A program made the position numbers and the translations under genes. A stretch of DNA of 32,000 bases from Synechocystis sp. PCC 6803 substr. PCC-P (GTDB lineage Bacteria > Cyanobacteriota > Cyanobacteriia > Cyanobacteriales > Microcystaceae). Below, one piece after another: positions 9,545 to 22,439 of the stretch. How positions within the stretch are numbered: position 1 is the first letter of the stretch; every line of letters begins with the position of its first letter. The DNA is taken from positions 1,530,001 to 1,562,000 of the forward strand of contig NC_017039.1 in the NCBI RefSeq assembly GCF_000284455.1. The letters are read 5' to 3'. Under the pieces are notes generated by a model that saw nothing but the letters and a program-made list of their open reading frames with translations, did no database searches and was not told the DNA's origin.

Positions 9545-9677
9545 ACCAATGGCGATCGCCTGGAGAATAAATTTAGGAGACTAGACATTGATCCAGAACA
9601 AATTTAGGAACAATGGGGCCCACGGCATGGCTTTCTGTTAAAAATAAACAAGCACTGCCCTTTCCCGCTCAGAGCGC

Positions 9678-11312
9678 ATGACTAACCAGCCCACCGCATC
9701 GGTTCCCTTTCAACGCCCCTGGCACGACTATCTCAAATTCAGCACCGATCACAAAGTCATTGGCATTCAATATTTACTGATGTCCTTCTGCTTCTTCTTA
9801 GTGGCGGGATTATTGGCCATGATTATCCGGGCAGAATTACTCACCCCCCAATTGGACGTGGTGGACCGTAGCCTCTACAACGGTCTATTTACCCTCCACG
9901 GCACCATCATGATTTTCCTCTGGATTTTTCCAGCCAATGTGGGGTTAGCCAATTACTTAATTCCCCTGATGATTGGTGCCAGGGACGTAGCCTTTCCGGT
10001 ATTGAATGCGATCGCCTTTTGGCTAATGCCAGTGGTGGGAGTGTTATTGATTGGTAGCTTTTTTCTACCCACAGGGACGGCCCAGGCGGGCTGGTGGTCC
10101 TATCCTCCAGTAAGCATTCAAAATCCGTCGGGTAATTTCATCAATGGCGAATTTCTTTGGCTTTTGGCAGTGGCCACTTCCGGCATTTCTTCCATTATGG
10201 GGGGGGTTAACTTTGTCACCACCGTTTGGAAATTGCGGGCACCGGGGCTAACCCTGTTAAAAATGCCCGTTTACGTCTGGACAATTTTAAGCGCCCAAAT
10301 TTTGCAACTCTTTTGTCTGCCAGCGTTGACCGGCGGGGCGGTGATGTTGCTGTTTGACCTTTCCTTTGGCACCACCTTTTTTGACCCCTTTAATCAGGGC
10401 AACCCAATTATTTACCAACATTTATTTTGGTTCTATTCCCACCCGGCCGTCTACGTCATGGCTTTGCCTGCCTTTGGCGTATTTTCGGAAATATTGCCGG
10501 TTTTTGCCCGTAAACCGCTTTTTGGCTACAAAACTGTCGCTATTTCTTCTTTTCTCATTGCTATCCAAGGCACCTTCGTCTGGGTACACCATATGTTTAC
10601 CAGTGCTACCCCCAACTGGATGCGAATGTTTTTCATGGCTAGCACCATGCTCATCGCTGTGCCTACGGGCATCAAAGTTTTAGCCTGGACAGCAACGGTG
10701 TGGCGGGGTAGTTTGCGACTGAAAACCCCCATGTTGTTTTGCCTGGGGGGAATTTTAATGTTTCTATTTGCCGGCATCACGGGCATTATGTTAGCTTCTG
10801 CCCCCTTCGATTTGCACGTCAATAACACCTATTTTGTGGTGGGGCATTTCCATTACGTGGTCTTTGGCACCGTGACCATGGCCATTTACGGGGCAATTTA
10901 TTTCTGGTTTCCGAAAATGACTGGGCGCATGTATAACGAAGCCTGGGGCAAACTCCATTTTGCGTTGACTTTTATTGGCGCTAATTTAAACTTTTTCCCC
11001 ATGCATCCCATTGGGCTACAGGGCATGTTGCGGCGCATTTCTTCCTACGACCCGGAATACACGGCCTGGAATGTGGTGGCCAGTTTGGGGGCGTTCCTGC
11101 TGGGCATGTCTACTTTACCGTTCATTGCCAATATGGTGGCCTCGGCTTTCCAAGGCCGTCGGGTGGGTAATAATCCCTGGAATTCTTTGGGCTTGGAGTG
11201 GACCACACCTTCACCGCCACCGGAGGAAAATTTTGAAGTTATTCCTACCATTACAGTGGAACCCTATGGCTATGATCGCCCGGTGGATTTGACCACCGAA
11301 GTAACCACATAG
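9678..11312 (+). CDS. ctaD: Cytochrome c oxidase-type (heme-copper oxidase) subunit I; by synteny the second CtaD set of Synechocystis (ARTO)
   Basis: 544-aa ORF with HGTIMIFLWIFPANVG, WFYSHPAVYVMALPAFGVFSEILP, HHMFTSATPNWMR, FHYVVFG heme-copper oxidase motifs. Downstream ctaE. Confidence 0.95.
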   Translation: MTNQPTASVPFQRPWHDYLKFSTDHKVIGIQYLLMSFCFFLVAGLLAMIIRAELLTPQLDVVDRSLYNGLFTLHGTIMIFLWIFPANVGLANYLIPLMIGARDVAFPVLNAIAFWLMPVVGVLLIGSFFLPTGTAQAGWWSYPPVSIQNPSGNFINGEFLWLLAVATSGISSIMGGVNFVTTVWKLRAPGLTLLKMPVYVWTILSAQILQLFCLPALTGGAVMLLFDLSFGTTFFDPFNQGNPIIYQHLFWFYSHPAVYVMALPAFGVFSEILPVFARKPLFGYKTVAISSFLIAIQGTFVWVHHMFTSATPNWMRMFFMASTMLIAVPTGIKVLAWTATVWRGSLRLKTPMLFCLGGILMFLFAGITGIMLASAPFDLHVNNTYFVVGHFHYVVFGTVTMAIYGAIYFWFPKMTGRMYNEAWGKLHFALTFIGANLNFFPMHPIGLQGMLRRISSYDPEYTAWNVVASLGAFLLGMSTLPFIANMVASAFQGRRVGNNPWNSLGLEWTTPSPPPEENFEVIPTITVEPYGYDRPVDLTTEVTT

Positions 11313-11368
11313 TATGGGCTTTTTCCGCCGTTGAACCCGCTAACCGAGCAAGCACACGAGGAAATTTT

Positions 11369-11965
11369 ATGGAATCAGGTAATCATCTCCCCCATGTTGA
11401 GCCGACGGAAGAACAGGAACCGGATAATTTAGGCTTTGGTTTTCCTGTCTTTTTGATGTCGGAAAGTGTGGTGTTTATCAGCTTTTTTGTTACCTACACC
11501 ATTCTGCGGCTGACTAATAAACCCTGGTTTCCCCCTGGGGTAGACGGTTTGGATGTGACAAGAGGAGCCATTAATACCATGGTGCTAGTTACCAGTAGCG
11601 GGGCCATTATTTTGGCCGAAAAAGCCCTGCACCGAGGAGAAATGAAATTATTTCGCCTACTGTGGTTAGCCACCATCAGTCTCGGCATTGTTTTCTTGTT
11701 TGGCCAGGCGGCGGAGTGGGCCGGTATGCCCTTTGGCCTGGATGCGGGATCCGCAGGGGGAACTTTCTTTTTACTAACTGGTTTTCACGGATTGCACGTT
11801 TTCACTGGGGTCTGTCTTTTGCTTTATATGTATTGGCGCTCCCTCCAGCCCCACAATTTTGATCGGGGCCATGAAGGGGTGACGGCGATCGCCTTGTTTT
11901 GGCATTTTGTCGATGTAATTTGGATTATTTTATTTATTTTGCTTTATCTTTGGCCAGCGAATTAA
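11369..11965 (+). CDS. ctaE: Cytochrome c oxidase-type subunit III
   Basis: 198-aa hydrophobic ORF with FFLLTGFHGLHVFTGV and ALFWHFVDVIWIILFILLYL, typical of COX3. Follows subunit I. Confidence 0.94.
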   Translation: MESGNHLPHVEPTEEQEPDNLGFGFPVFLMSESVVFISFFVTYTILRLTNKPWFPPGVDGLDVTRGAINTMVLVTSSGAIILAEKALHRGEMKLFRLLWLATISLGIVFLFGQAAEWAGMPFGLDAGSAGGTFFLLTGFHGLHVFTGVCLLLYMYWRSLQPHNFDRGHEGVTAIALFWHFVDVIWIILFILLYLWPAN

Positions 11966-12063
11966 ATCTTTGGCATTGTTGAGACCGAGTATCCCAAAGT
12001 ATGATCTAGGTAGAAAGATAACTTTTTGGGCAAGATATAGAATCTCCAGGGAGAGGTGATGCA

Positions 12064-12729
12064 ATGGCCGTTAATCTAGAAACTCGCAAACAGGAAAGTG
12101 TAACTAAACCCAAAGCAGAGCATCTGATTTTGCTCAATCCAGTTAGTTGGAATACGTTCAATCAGTTACTAGAAGAATTAGGAGAAAAACGAGGTCAAAG
12201 ATTTGCCTATGACTGTGGAATTCTAGAAATTATGAGTCCTTTGGGTGTTCACGAAAACAACAATCGCTTTATTGATGACCTCATTCGAGCAATCACCGAC
12301 GAATTGGGATTAAATCTTAAAAAATTTGGTTCATTAACGTTAAGAATTGATCGAACTAAACAGGGAGTGGAGCCAGATTCCTGCTATTACATAGCAAACG
12401 AACCCCAGGTGCGGGGCAAGCAACACATTGACCTCACGGTGGATCCTCCCCCCGATTTGGTATTAGAGATTGATATTACCAGTGGCTCCTTGAACAAGTT
12501 CCCAATCTACAGCAATTTAGGCATACCGGAGATTTGGTGCTATGACGGCGATCGCCTGGCAGTATTTGTGCTCCAACCGGAGTCGGGGCAGTATGAACCT
12601 GTTGACCAAAGTCCCACTTTTCCATTTTTATCTCTAGAACAGGTGCCCTTGGTAATTGAACGCAGTTTGGCGATCGGGGAGACGGCGGCCCTGAAGGAGT
12701 TTCGCCAATGGCTAAAGGCCAACCGTTGA
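12064..12729 (+). CDS. Uma2/DUF820 family protein (predicted PD-(D/E)XK-type nuclease fold)
   Basis: 221-aa ORF. GVHENNNRFIDDLI, GVEPDSCYYI, PPDLVLEIDITSGSLNKFPIYSNLGIPEIWCYDG. Confidence 0.9.
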   Translation: MAVNLETRKQESVTKPKAEHLILLNPVSWNTFNQLLEELGEKRGQRFAYDCGILEIMSPLGVHENNNRFIDDLIRAITDELGLNLKKFGSLTLRIDRTKQGVEPDSCYYIANEPQVRGKQHIDLTVDPPPDLVLEIDITSGSLNKFPIYSNLGIPEIWCYDGDRLAVFVLQPESGQYEPVDQSPTFPFLSLEQVPLVIERSLAIGETAALKEFRQWLKANR

Positions 12730-12784
12730 ATGTATTCCACCTTCCCCACTACATGGTTGGCTGGCCATTTCTGGGTAGATGAAT

Positions 12785-13693
12785 TTAAAGCTTTTCGGCT
12801 TTTTCCCGTTGGATTTCCCCAATTAACTGGGCCAGATGATGGCGATCGGCCTGGTAGACTTCACCGCAAAAATCGCAGGTGGCTTCGGCTCCATTGTCTT
12901 TTTCGATCATATCTTCCAGTTCATCTTGTCCCAGTATTTTTAGGGCTCCCAAAACCCGGGGAAAGGAACAGCGACAATCAAAGCGTAAAAGTTGCACTTC
13001 CGGCAGAATGGCCAGACCAAAATCCCCCAATAATTCTTGAAAGATATCTTTGAGGGATTTGCCTGAACGCAAAAGGGGCGTGAAGCCGGTCAAGTGCCCC
13101 AATCGGGATTCCAAAGCGGCAACCAATGCTTCGTCCCGGGCAGCCTTGGGCATTACCTGTAAAAGTAGCCCCCCGGCAGCAGTTACCCCATCTTTGCCCA
13201 CAAAGACCCCCAACAACAGGGCGGAGGGAGTCTGTTCGGAGGTGACTAAATAATGGGTGACATCCTCACCAATTTCCCCGGAAACTAACTCCACTGTGCT
13301 GGAGTAGGGATAGCCAAAGCCCACATCCCGCACCACATAGAGAAAGCCATCCTGGCCCACTGCGCCCCCCACGTCCAACTTCCCTTGGGCATTGGGAGCG
13401 AGTTCCACCGAAGGATTTTGTACGTACCCCCGCACGGTACCGTCTAAACCGGCATCTACCAACAGACCCCCGAGGGGGCCATTACCACGGATGCGGATAT
13501 TTACCCGGGATTTTTCCTGCTTCATGCTAGAAGCCAGCAGTAACCCGGCGGCCATGGTGCGGCCGAGGGCCGCGGTGGCAACGTAGGAAAGGCGATGGCG
13601 TTGGCGGGCTTCCTCAGTTAGGTTGGTGGTAATTACCCCCACTGCGCGAATACCCCCATCGGCGGCGGTGGCGCGGATCAATTGGTCTGCCAT
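12785..13693 (-). CDS. hslO: Hsp33 redox-regulated chaperone
   Basis: 302-aa ORF. ATAALGRTMAAGLLLASSMK, GNGPLGGLLVDA, C-terminal zinc site FDCRCSF ... CDFCGEVYQ. Confidence 0.94.
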   Translation of the reverse strand: MADQLIRATAADGGIRAVGVITTNLTEEARQRHRLSYVATAALGRTMAAGLLLASSMKQEKSRVNIRIRGNGPLGGLLVDAGLDGTVRGYVQNPSVELAPNAQGKLDVGGAVGQDGFLYVVRDVGFGYPYSSTVELVSGEIGEDVTHYLVTSEQTPSALLLGVFVGKDGVTAAGGLLLQVMPKAARDEALVAALESRLGHLTGFTPLLRSGKSLKDIFQELLGDFGLAILPEVQLLRFDCRCSFPRVLGALKILGQDELEDMIEKDNGAEATCDFCGEVYQADRHHLAQLIGEIQREKAEKL

Positions 13694-13741
13694 GGATTGC
13701 TGAAATGTTGCCTGAATTTTGTGATGCTTCTATTGTGCCAA

Positions 13742-16009
<2,268 letters not shown>

Positions 16010-16125
16010 TCACATCAATATTGACTTAACCACAACTTGCCGGGGCCCTAGTGCCATGCTGCCCCGGGGTCGCAGATTAGTCAATGGGTAGAATTTCCCA
16101 CAGGATTAGAGTCTAGAAGCAACTG

Positions 16126-17586
16126 TTGATCATCGGCCAAATTCCATTGCCATGGGGCCGGCGATCGGGGCACAATGATAGGGCTATCTTTAACGCTGTC
16201 ACCTCTTTCATGACCATTGCCAATCCTTCCCCTAGTAACTTTTTTCAGCAGTTAGGTCGGCAGTGCCTCAAAACCCTGGCAGATCTCCGTCTGGCGATCG
16301 CCCTTTTACTATTAATTGCTGTTTTTAGTATCAGTGGTACGGTAATTGAGCAGGGGGAAAGTTTAAGTTTTTACCAACAGAATTATCCTGAAGATCCAGC
16401 TCTATTTGGATTCTTAAGTTGGCAAGTAATTTTACAACTAGGTTTAAATCAGGTCTATCGAACTTGGTGGTTTTTGGGGCTCCTAATACTTTTCGGTTCT
16501 AGCTTGACTGCCTGTACCTTTAATCGTCAATTTCCTGCTTTAAAAGCAGCCCGCAGTTGGCAGTTTTATCACCAACCAAGGCAGTTTAAAAAACTAGCTT
16601 TAAGTTTTTCGTTACCCGATGGAGATATAAATAAAATTGAGAGCTTACTCCGGGATAGGGGTTACAAAATCTTCCAAGAAGGTGACAGTGTTTATGCCCG
16701 TAAAGGTCTGATGGGAAAAGTCGGTCCTATCATTGTCCATGGCGCCATGCTAATCATTTTAGGGGGGGCAATTTGGGGAGCATTGACGGGATTTTTTGCC
16801 CAACATATGATTCCCAGTGGTGAAACATTCCAGGTAAGTAATATTATCGAGAAAGGCCCCCTTGCCGACAGTCAAATTCCCAAGGATTGGGGCATTAAAG
16901 TCAATCGATTCTGGATTAATTACACGGAAAATGGCGCCATTGATCAGTTCTATTCTGATTTGTCCGTGGTTAATAATCAAGGGGAAGAATTGGACCGGCA
17001 AACCATCTCCGTTAACCATCCCCTACGTCATCGAGGCGTTACTTTTTATCAAACTAACTGGGGCATTGCGGGGGTAAAAGTACAACTCAACAATAGTCCT
17101 GTGTTGCAACTTCCCATGGCCCCTTTACAAACCGCCAATGGTGGCCAGTTGTGGGGAGCCTACATTCCCACTAAAACTGACTTTAGCGAAGGTGCCGCCC
17201 TATTAGTTAAAGACCTCCAAGGTACAATGATCATTTATGACCAAGAGGGCAATTTGACCGATGCAGTGCGGGCTGGTTCTACGGTGGAAATTAATGGAGT
17301 GAATATAACAATTAAAGAGTTGGTGGGTAGCACCGGTTTACAGATTAAAGCTGATCCCGGTATTCCTTTTGTTTATCTTGGTTTTGGCTTGTTGATGGTG
17401 GGAGTAATGATGAGTTATGTTTCCCATTCCCAGGTCTGGTTATTGAGCGTTGATGGGGATGGTCAACGGGAAATTTATTTAGGGGGAAGAACCAACCGGG
17501 CCCAGGTGGCTTTTGAGCGAGAAATATTGGCGATCGCCGAAGAGGCGGAGGTAAGTTCTAAAACAGAAGCTAAAGTTAATGCTTAA
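16126..17586 (+). CDS. ccs1: c-type cytochrome biogenesis protein Ccs1/CcsB (ResB-like)
   Basis: 486-aa [50 protein letters not shown], long soluble loop, C-terminal [23 protein letters not shown] likely better start is the internal ATG at 16210 ([12 protein letters not shown]). Confidence 0.9.
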
Positions 17587-17900
17587 GTAAACAAATTCGG
17601 TGCAGGCTACCCGCCAAAGTTCCTCCGGTAGGGGTGATATATTTCCTAATGGCGGTATCGTTTTTTGGGCTAGTTAATAAATTGAAATCCTCCCTGAAGA
17701 AGGTCAACTTAATCTTGTTCGGTAGTCATCCTATGTTCATCTATCTAAACCCAGGTCCCAGTAAATACTAGTCTTTATTTACTTCAGTTGACCTAAATGA
17801 TGTAAGTTTGTTAACTTTTCCTCTTTTGCCATAGGGAGCCCATCGCCGATTGAGTTAAAATTAGAAGACTTAGCCTACGCTTCCTAAAGCGATTTGTCCA

Positions 17901-19766
17901 GTGGTTGCATCAATTCCTAATCCCAAAACAAATTTCCTGAAAACTGTTCCTAGCCAACGGCAAACCGGGGCTTATATCCTGATGGATAGCCTGAAACGCC
18001 ATGGGGTCAAACACATTTTTGGCTATCCCGGCGGGGCAATTTTGCCCATCTATGATGAACTGTACCGCTTTGAAGCGGCGGGGGAAATTGAGCATATTTT
18101 GGTGCGCCATGAACAAGGAGCTTCCCATGCGGCGGATGGGTATGCCAGAGCCACAGGTAAAGTGGGAGTTTGTTTCGGTACATCTGGACCAGGGGCGACT
18201 AACTTGGTGACCGGCATTGCCAATGCCCATTTGGACTCGGTGCCCATGGTGGTGATTACTGGACAGGTGGGCCGTGCCATGATTGGTAGCGATGCTTTCC
18301 AGGAAATTGACATTTTTGGCATCACCTTACCGATCGTTAAGCACTCCTATGTGGTACGTAGTGCGGCGGATATGGCTCGCATTGTTACTGAGGCTTTCCA
18401 TCTTGCTAGCACCGGTCGTCCCGGGCCGGTTTTGATCGATATTCCCAAGGATGTGGGCTTAGAAGAATGTGAGTACATTCCCCTCGACCCCGGTGACGTT
18501 AATCTACCGGGTTATCGCCCCACGGTTAAAGGTAATCCCCGACAAATTAATGCGGCATTGCAATTGTTGGAGCAGGCCAGAAATCCCTTGCTCTACGTAG
18601 GGGGAGGGGCGATCGCCGCCAATGCCCATGCCCAGGTGCAGGAATTTGCGGAAAGGTTCCAGTTGCCGGTAACAACCACCCTGATGGGAATTGGGGCTTT
18701 TGACGAAAACCATCCCCTTTCGGTGGGTATGTTGGGTATGCATGGCACCGCCTATGCCAACTTTGCCGTCAGCGAATGTGATTTGTTGATTGCGGTGGGG
18801 GCCCGTTTCGACGACCGGGTAACTGGCAAACTAGACGAATTTGCTAGCCGCGCCAAAGTAATTCACATTGACATCGACCCGGCGGAGGTGGGAAAAAACA
18901 GGGCTCCCGATGTGCCCATTGTGGGGGATGTACGCCATGTTTTAGAACAGCTTTTGCAGCGGGCCCGGGAATTGGATTACCCCACCCATCCCCATACCAC
19001 CCAGGCATGGTTAAATCGCATTGATCATTGGCGGACCGATTACCCCCTCCAGGTGCCCCACTATGAGGATACTATTGCCCCCCAGGAGGTAGTACACGAA
19101 ATTGGTCGCCAGGCCCCCGATGCCTACTACACCACCGATGTGGGACAACACCAAATGTGGGCGGCCCAGTTTTTGAACAATGGCCCCCGCCGATGGATTT
19201 CCAGTGCTGGCTTGGGTACGATGGGCTTTGGTTTACCTGCCGCCATGGGAGCCAAAGTGGGAGTGGGGGACGAAGCGGTCATTTGCATCAGTGGAGATGC
19301 CAGCTTCCAAATGAATCTTCAGGAACTGGGAACCCTAGCCCAGTACGACATCCAGGTTAAAACTATTATTCTCAATAACGGTTGGCAGGGGATGGTGCGT
19401 CAGTGGCAACAAACTTTCTACGAAGAACGTTATTCTGCTTCTAACATGTCCCAGGGCATGCCAGACATTAATCTCCTCTGTGAAGCCTATGGCATCAAGG
19501 GTATTACTGTGCGCAAGCGGGAAGATTTGGCCCCGGCGATCGCCGAAATGCTAGCCCACAATGGTCCTGTGGTGATGGATGTGGTGGTCAAAAAAGATGA
19601 AAACTGTTACCCTATGATTGCCCCCGGCATGAGTAATGCCCAAATGCTAGGTTTACCGGAAGTGCCGGTACGGGACAATGGTCCCCGGATGGTGGAGTGC
19701 AACCATTGCCAAACCCAAAATTTCATCACCCATCGTTTCTGTTCTGGTTGTGGAGCCAAACTCTAA
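17901..19766 (+). CDS. ilvB: Acetohydroxyacid synthase (acetolactate synthase) large subunit with C-terminal zinc-ribbon-like tail
   Basis: 621-aa ORF (ilvG/ilvB type). ThDP enzyme motifs ([63 protein letters not shown]). The tail ends [22 protein letters not shown]. Confidence 0.95.
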   Translation: MVASIPNPKTNFLKTVPSQRQTGAYILMDSLKRHGVKHIFGYPGGAILPIYDELYRFEAAGEIEHILVRHEQGASHAADGYARATGKVGVCFGTSGPGATNLVTGIANAHLDSVPMVVITGQVGRAMIGSDAFQEIDIFGITLPIVKHSYVVRSAADMARIVTEAFHLASTGRPGPVLIDIPKDVGLEECEYIPLDPGDVNLPGYRPTVKGNPRQINAALQLLEQARNPLLYVGGGAIAANAHAQVQEFAERFQLPVTTTLMGIGAFDENHPLSVGMLGMHGTAYANFAVSECDLLIAVGARFDDRVTGKLDEFASRAKVIHIDIDPAEVGKNRAPDVPIVGDVRHVLEQLLQRARELDYPTHPHTTQAWLNRIDHWRTDYPLQVPHYEDTIAPQEVVHEIGRQAPDAYYTTDVGQHQMWAAQFLNNGPRRWISSAGLGTMGFGLPAAMGAKVGVGDEAVICISGDASFQMNLQELGTLAQYDIQVKTIILNNGWQGMVRQWQQTFYEERYSASNMSQGMPDINLLCEAYGIKGITVRKREDLAPAIAEMLAHNGPVVMDVVVKKDENCYPMIAPGMSNAQMLGLPEVPVRDNGPRMVECNHCQTQNFITHRFCSGCGAKL

Positions 19767-19973
19767 CCCATAAGCCAAAATTGAATTCATCCTCCCAGCG
19801 GTGGGGTCAGACTTCAGAATACTTTTTTCCTCGGTTTTTCTTGACCATATTTAAAGTTCCACCAAAGGTCTGCTCCACCTATTGGGAAGAATTTTTTTTG
19901 CAAACCCCTAACCAAGGCAAGATGCGGCGTTCCCTAATCCATCTGTTATCTTTGTAAAGAAAAATTTACAACT

Positions 19974-21923
19974 TTGTCCATGGTTATTGCCGCCTCTCCC
20001 TCCGTTCCTTGTCCTAGCACCGAGCAGGTGCGCCAGGCGATCGCCGCTAGTCGGGACTTCCTGCTATCGGAACAATATGCCGATGGCTACTGGTGGTCTG
20101 AGTTGGAATCCAATGTCACCATCACTGCCGAAGTGGTCATACTGCACAAAATTTGGGGCACAGCGGCCCAAAGACCCCTGGAGAAGGCGAAGAATTACCT
20201 GTTGCAACAACAACGGGACCATGGCGGTTGGGAACTGTACTATGGTGATGGCGGTGAACTAAGTACCAGTGTGGAAGCCTACACTGCCCTGCGAATTTTG
20301 GGGGTTCCAGCCACCGATCCTGCCTTGGTCAAAGCGAAAAATTTCATTGTCGGCCGGGGGGGCATTAGCAAATCCCGCATTTTTACCAAAATGCATCTGG
20401 CGTTAATCGGTTGCTACGACTGGCGGGGTACTCCTTCCATTCCCCCCTGGGTGATGCTTTTGCCCAACAATTTTTTCTTTAACATTTACGAAATGTCCAG
20501 TTGGGCCCGTTCTAGTACGGTCCCCCTGATGATTGTTTGTGACCAAAAGCCCGTTTACGACATTGCCCAGGGTCTGCGGGTGGACGAACTCTATGCGGAA
20601 GGGATGGAAAATGTCCAGTATAAATTGCCGGAGAGTGGCACTATTTGGGATATTTTCATCGGTTTGGATAGCCTATTTAAGCTACAGGAACAAGCCAAGG
20701 TAGTACCTTTCCGAGAACAGGGTTTGGCCCTGGCGGAAAAGTGGATTTTAGAACGACAAGAAGTCAGTGGCGATTGGGGCGGCATTATTCCCGCTATGCT
20801 GAATTCCCTGCTGGCGTTGAAAGTGTTGGGCTATGACGTTAACGATCTCTATGTGCAAAGGGGCCTAGCGGCGATCGATAATTTCGCGGTGGAAACGGAA
20901 GATAGCTATGCCATTCAAGCCTGTGTTTCCCCTGTGTGGGATACGGCCTGGGTTGTGCGGGCTTTGGCGGAAGCGGATCTAGGTAAGGATCATCCCGCCT
21001 TGGTTAAAGCGGGGCAATGGTTGTTGGATAAACAAATTCTCACCTACGGCGATTGGCAGATCAAAAATCCCCACGGTGAACCGGGAGCTTGGGCGTTTGA
21101 ATTTGATAATAATTTCTACCCTGACATTGACGACACCTGCGTGGTGATGATGGCGTTACAGGGCATTACCCTCCCCGATGAGGAACGTAAACAGGGGGCC
21201 ATTAATAAGGCCTTGCAGTGGATAGCCACCATGCAATGTAAAACCGGAGGCTGGGCCGCCTTTGACATTGACAATGACCAAGATTGGCTTAACCAGTTAC
21301 CCTACGGTGATTTGAAAGCCATGATTGACCCCAGCACCGCCGATATTACCGCCCGGGTGGTTGAAATGCTGGGAGCCTGTGGTTTGACCATGGATTCCCC
21401 ACGAGTGGAACGGGGTTTGACCTATTTACTCCAAGAACAGGAACAGGATGGTAGTTGGTTCGGCCGCTGGGGCGTGAATTATCTCTATGGCACCAGCGGG
21501 GCCCTTTCTGCCCTAGCCATTTACGATGCCCAACGTTTTGCCCCCCAAATCAAAACGGCGATCGCCTGGTTGTTGAGCTGTCAAAATGCGGATGGGGGTT
21601 GGGGAGAAACCTGTGAAAGTTATAAAAACAAGCAGTTAAAGGGTCAAGGTAACAGCACTGCTTCCCAAACAGCCTGGGCCCTAATTGGTTTGTTAGATGC
21701 CCTCAAATATTTACCCAGCCTGGGACAAGATGCCAAACTAACCACGGCGATCGAGGGGGGCGTGGCTTTTCTTGTCCAGGGACAAACCCCCAAGGGCACC
21801 TGGGAAGAAGCAGAATATACCGGCACCGGTTTTCCCTGTCACTTTTATATCCGCTATCACTACTACCGCCAATATTTTCCCCTCATTGCCCTAGCTCGTT
21901 ATAGCCATTTACAAGCATCTTAA
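19974..21923 (+). CDS. shc: Squalene-hopene cyclase
   Basis: 649-aa ORF with repeated QW motifs (QRDHGGWELY, QCKTGGWAAFDIDND, QNADGGWGETCESY, KGTWEEAEYTGTGFPCHFYIRYHYYR) and DIDDTCVV matching the DxDD motif. Confidence 0.96.
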   Translation: MSMVIAASPSVPCPSTEQVRQAIAASRDFLLSEQYADGYWWSELESNVTITAEVVILHKIWGTAAQRPLEKAKNYLLQQQRDHGGWELYYGDGGELSTSVEAYTALRILGVPATDPALVKAKNFIVGRGGISKSRIFTKMHLALIGCYDWRGTPSIPPWVMLLPNNFFFNIYEMSSWARSSTVPLMIVCDQKPVYDIAQGLRVDELYAEGMENVQYKLPESGTIWDIFIGLDSLFKLQEQAKVVPFREQGLALAEKWILERQEVSGDWGGIIPAMLNSLLALKVLGYDVNDLYVQRGLAAIDNFAVETEDSYAIQACVSPVWDTAWVVRALAEADLGKDHPALVKAGQWLLDKQILTYGDWQIKNPHGEPGAWAFEFDNNFYPDIDDTCVVMMALQGITLPDEERKQGAINKALQWIATMQCKTGGWAAFDIDNDQDWLNQLPYGDLKAMIDPSTADITARVVEMLGACGLTMDSPRVERGLTYLLQEQEQDGSWFGRWGVNYLYGTSGALSALAIYDAQRFAPQIKTAIAWLLSCQNADGGWGETCESYKNKQLKGQGNSTASQTAWALIGLLDALKYLPSLGQDAKLTTAIEGGVAFLVQGQTPKGTWEEAEYTGTGFPCHFYIRYHYYRQYFPLIALARYSHLQAS

Positions 21924-22012
21924 TGAACCTTGGGGAACCTTGGGGTAATATTCGTCCGGTCAACCCCTGGCGATCGGGGGAAATGTGTCCTAAGATTGAG
22001 GGGGTTGCACCA

Positions 22013-22086
22013 CGGGATGTAGCGCAGCTTGGTAGCGCGCCTGCTTTGGGAGCAGGATGTCGCAGGTTCAAATCCTGTCATCCCGA
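22013..22086 (+). tRNA. trnP: tRNA-Pro (anticodon TGG)
   Basis: CGGGATGTAGCGCAGCTTGGTAGCGCGCCTGCTTTGGGAGCAGGATGTCGCAGGTTCAAATCCTGTCATCCCGA. 7-bp acceptor stem CGGGATG/CATCCCG, anticodon arm CCTGC-TTTGGGA-GCAGG, T arm GCAGG-TTCAAAT-CCTGT. No encoded CCA. Confidence 0.96.
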
Positions 22087-22144
22087 TACTTTCCACCTAC
22101 TGTTGCGCCCCTGCGATAGTACTATGTTAGCCCATTTGATAGGG

Positions 22145-22439
22145 TTAATTCCTATCGGGGTCGAATGGGAGTTTAGGGTTCAACTCAAGCACCCAACGGT
22201 AGTGTTGTTCCTCGACACATCCGCCACCAAACTCAATGGTGTAGTACTCTATTATGGTGTAGTACTCTATTATGTCGTCTGGGTCAATGTGACCAGCAAA
22301 AGCTATTTTCCGTACAAGATCATTGATAGCAAAGCATAGAACACGTTGCTTAAGTTCATCAACGTCGATGACTTCTGCACCGATACTTTCAAGGTACTCT
22401 TTAGAAGTGATTTCTAAAGAAAATATAAAGAAAAGATGA
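22145..22439 (-). pseudogene. 5'-truncated hypothetical gene remnant abutting the IS701-like element
   Basis: Manual translation of the minus strand gives an uninterrupted frame (HLFFIFSLEITSKEYLESIGAEVIDVDELKQRVLCFAINDLVRKIAFAGHIDPDDIIEYYTIIEYYTIEFGGGCVEEQHYRWVLELNPKLPFDPDRN*) with no ATG. Missing from the ORF track. Ends at the IS boundary at 22440. Confidence 0.6.
22237..22272. repeat. Perfect 18-bp tandem duplication (2 copies: TGGTGTAGTACTCTATTA)
   Basis: Read directly: 22237-22254 and 22255-22272 are identical, followed by a further TG. Confidence 0.95.

Noticed and set aside
12730-13053. + strand 107-aa ORF
   Set aside because: Antisense to hslO and low-complexity Pro/Arg content; the minus-strand gene explains the region.
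21923-22339. + strand 138-aa ORF downstream of shc
   Set aside because: It reads straight through tRNA-Pro and the 18-bp repeat; the minus strand of the same region has a better remnant frame.
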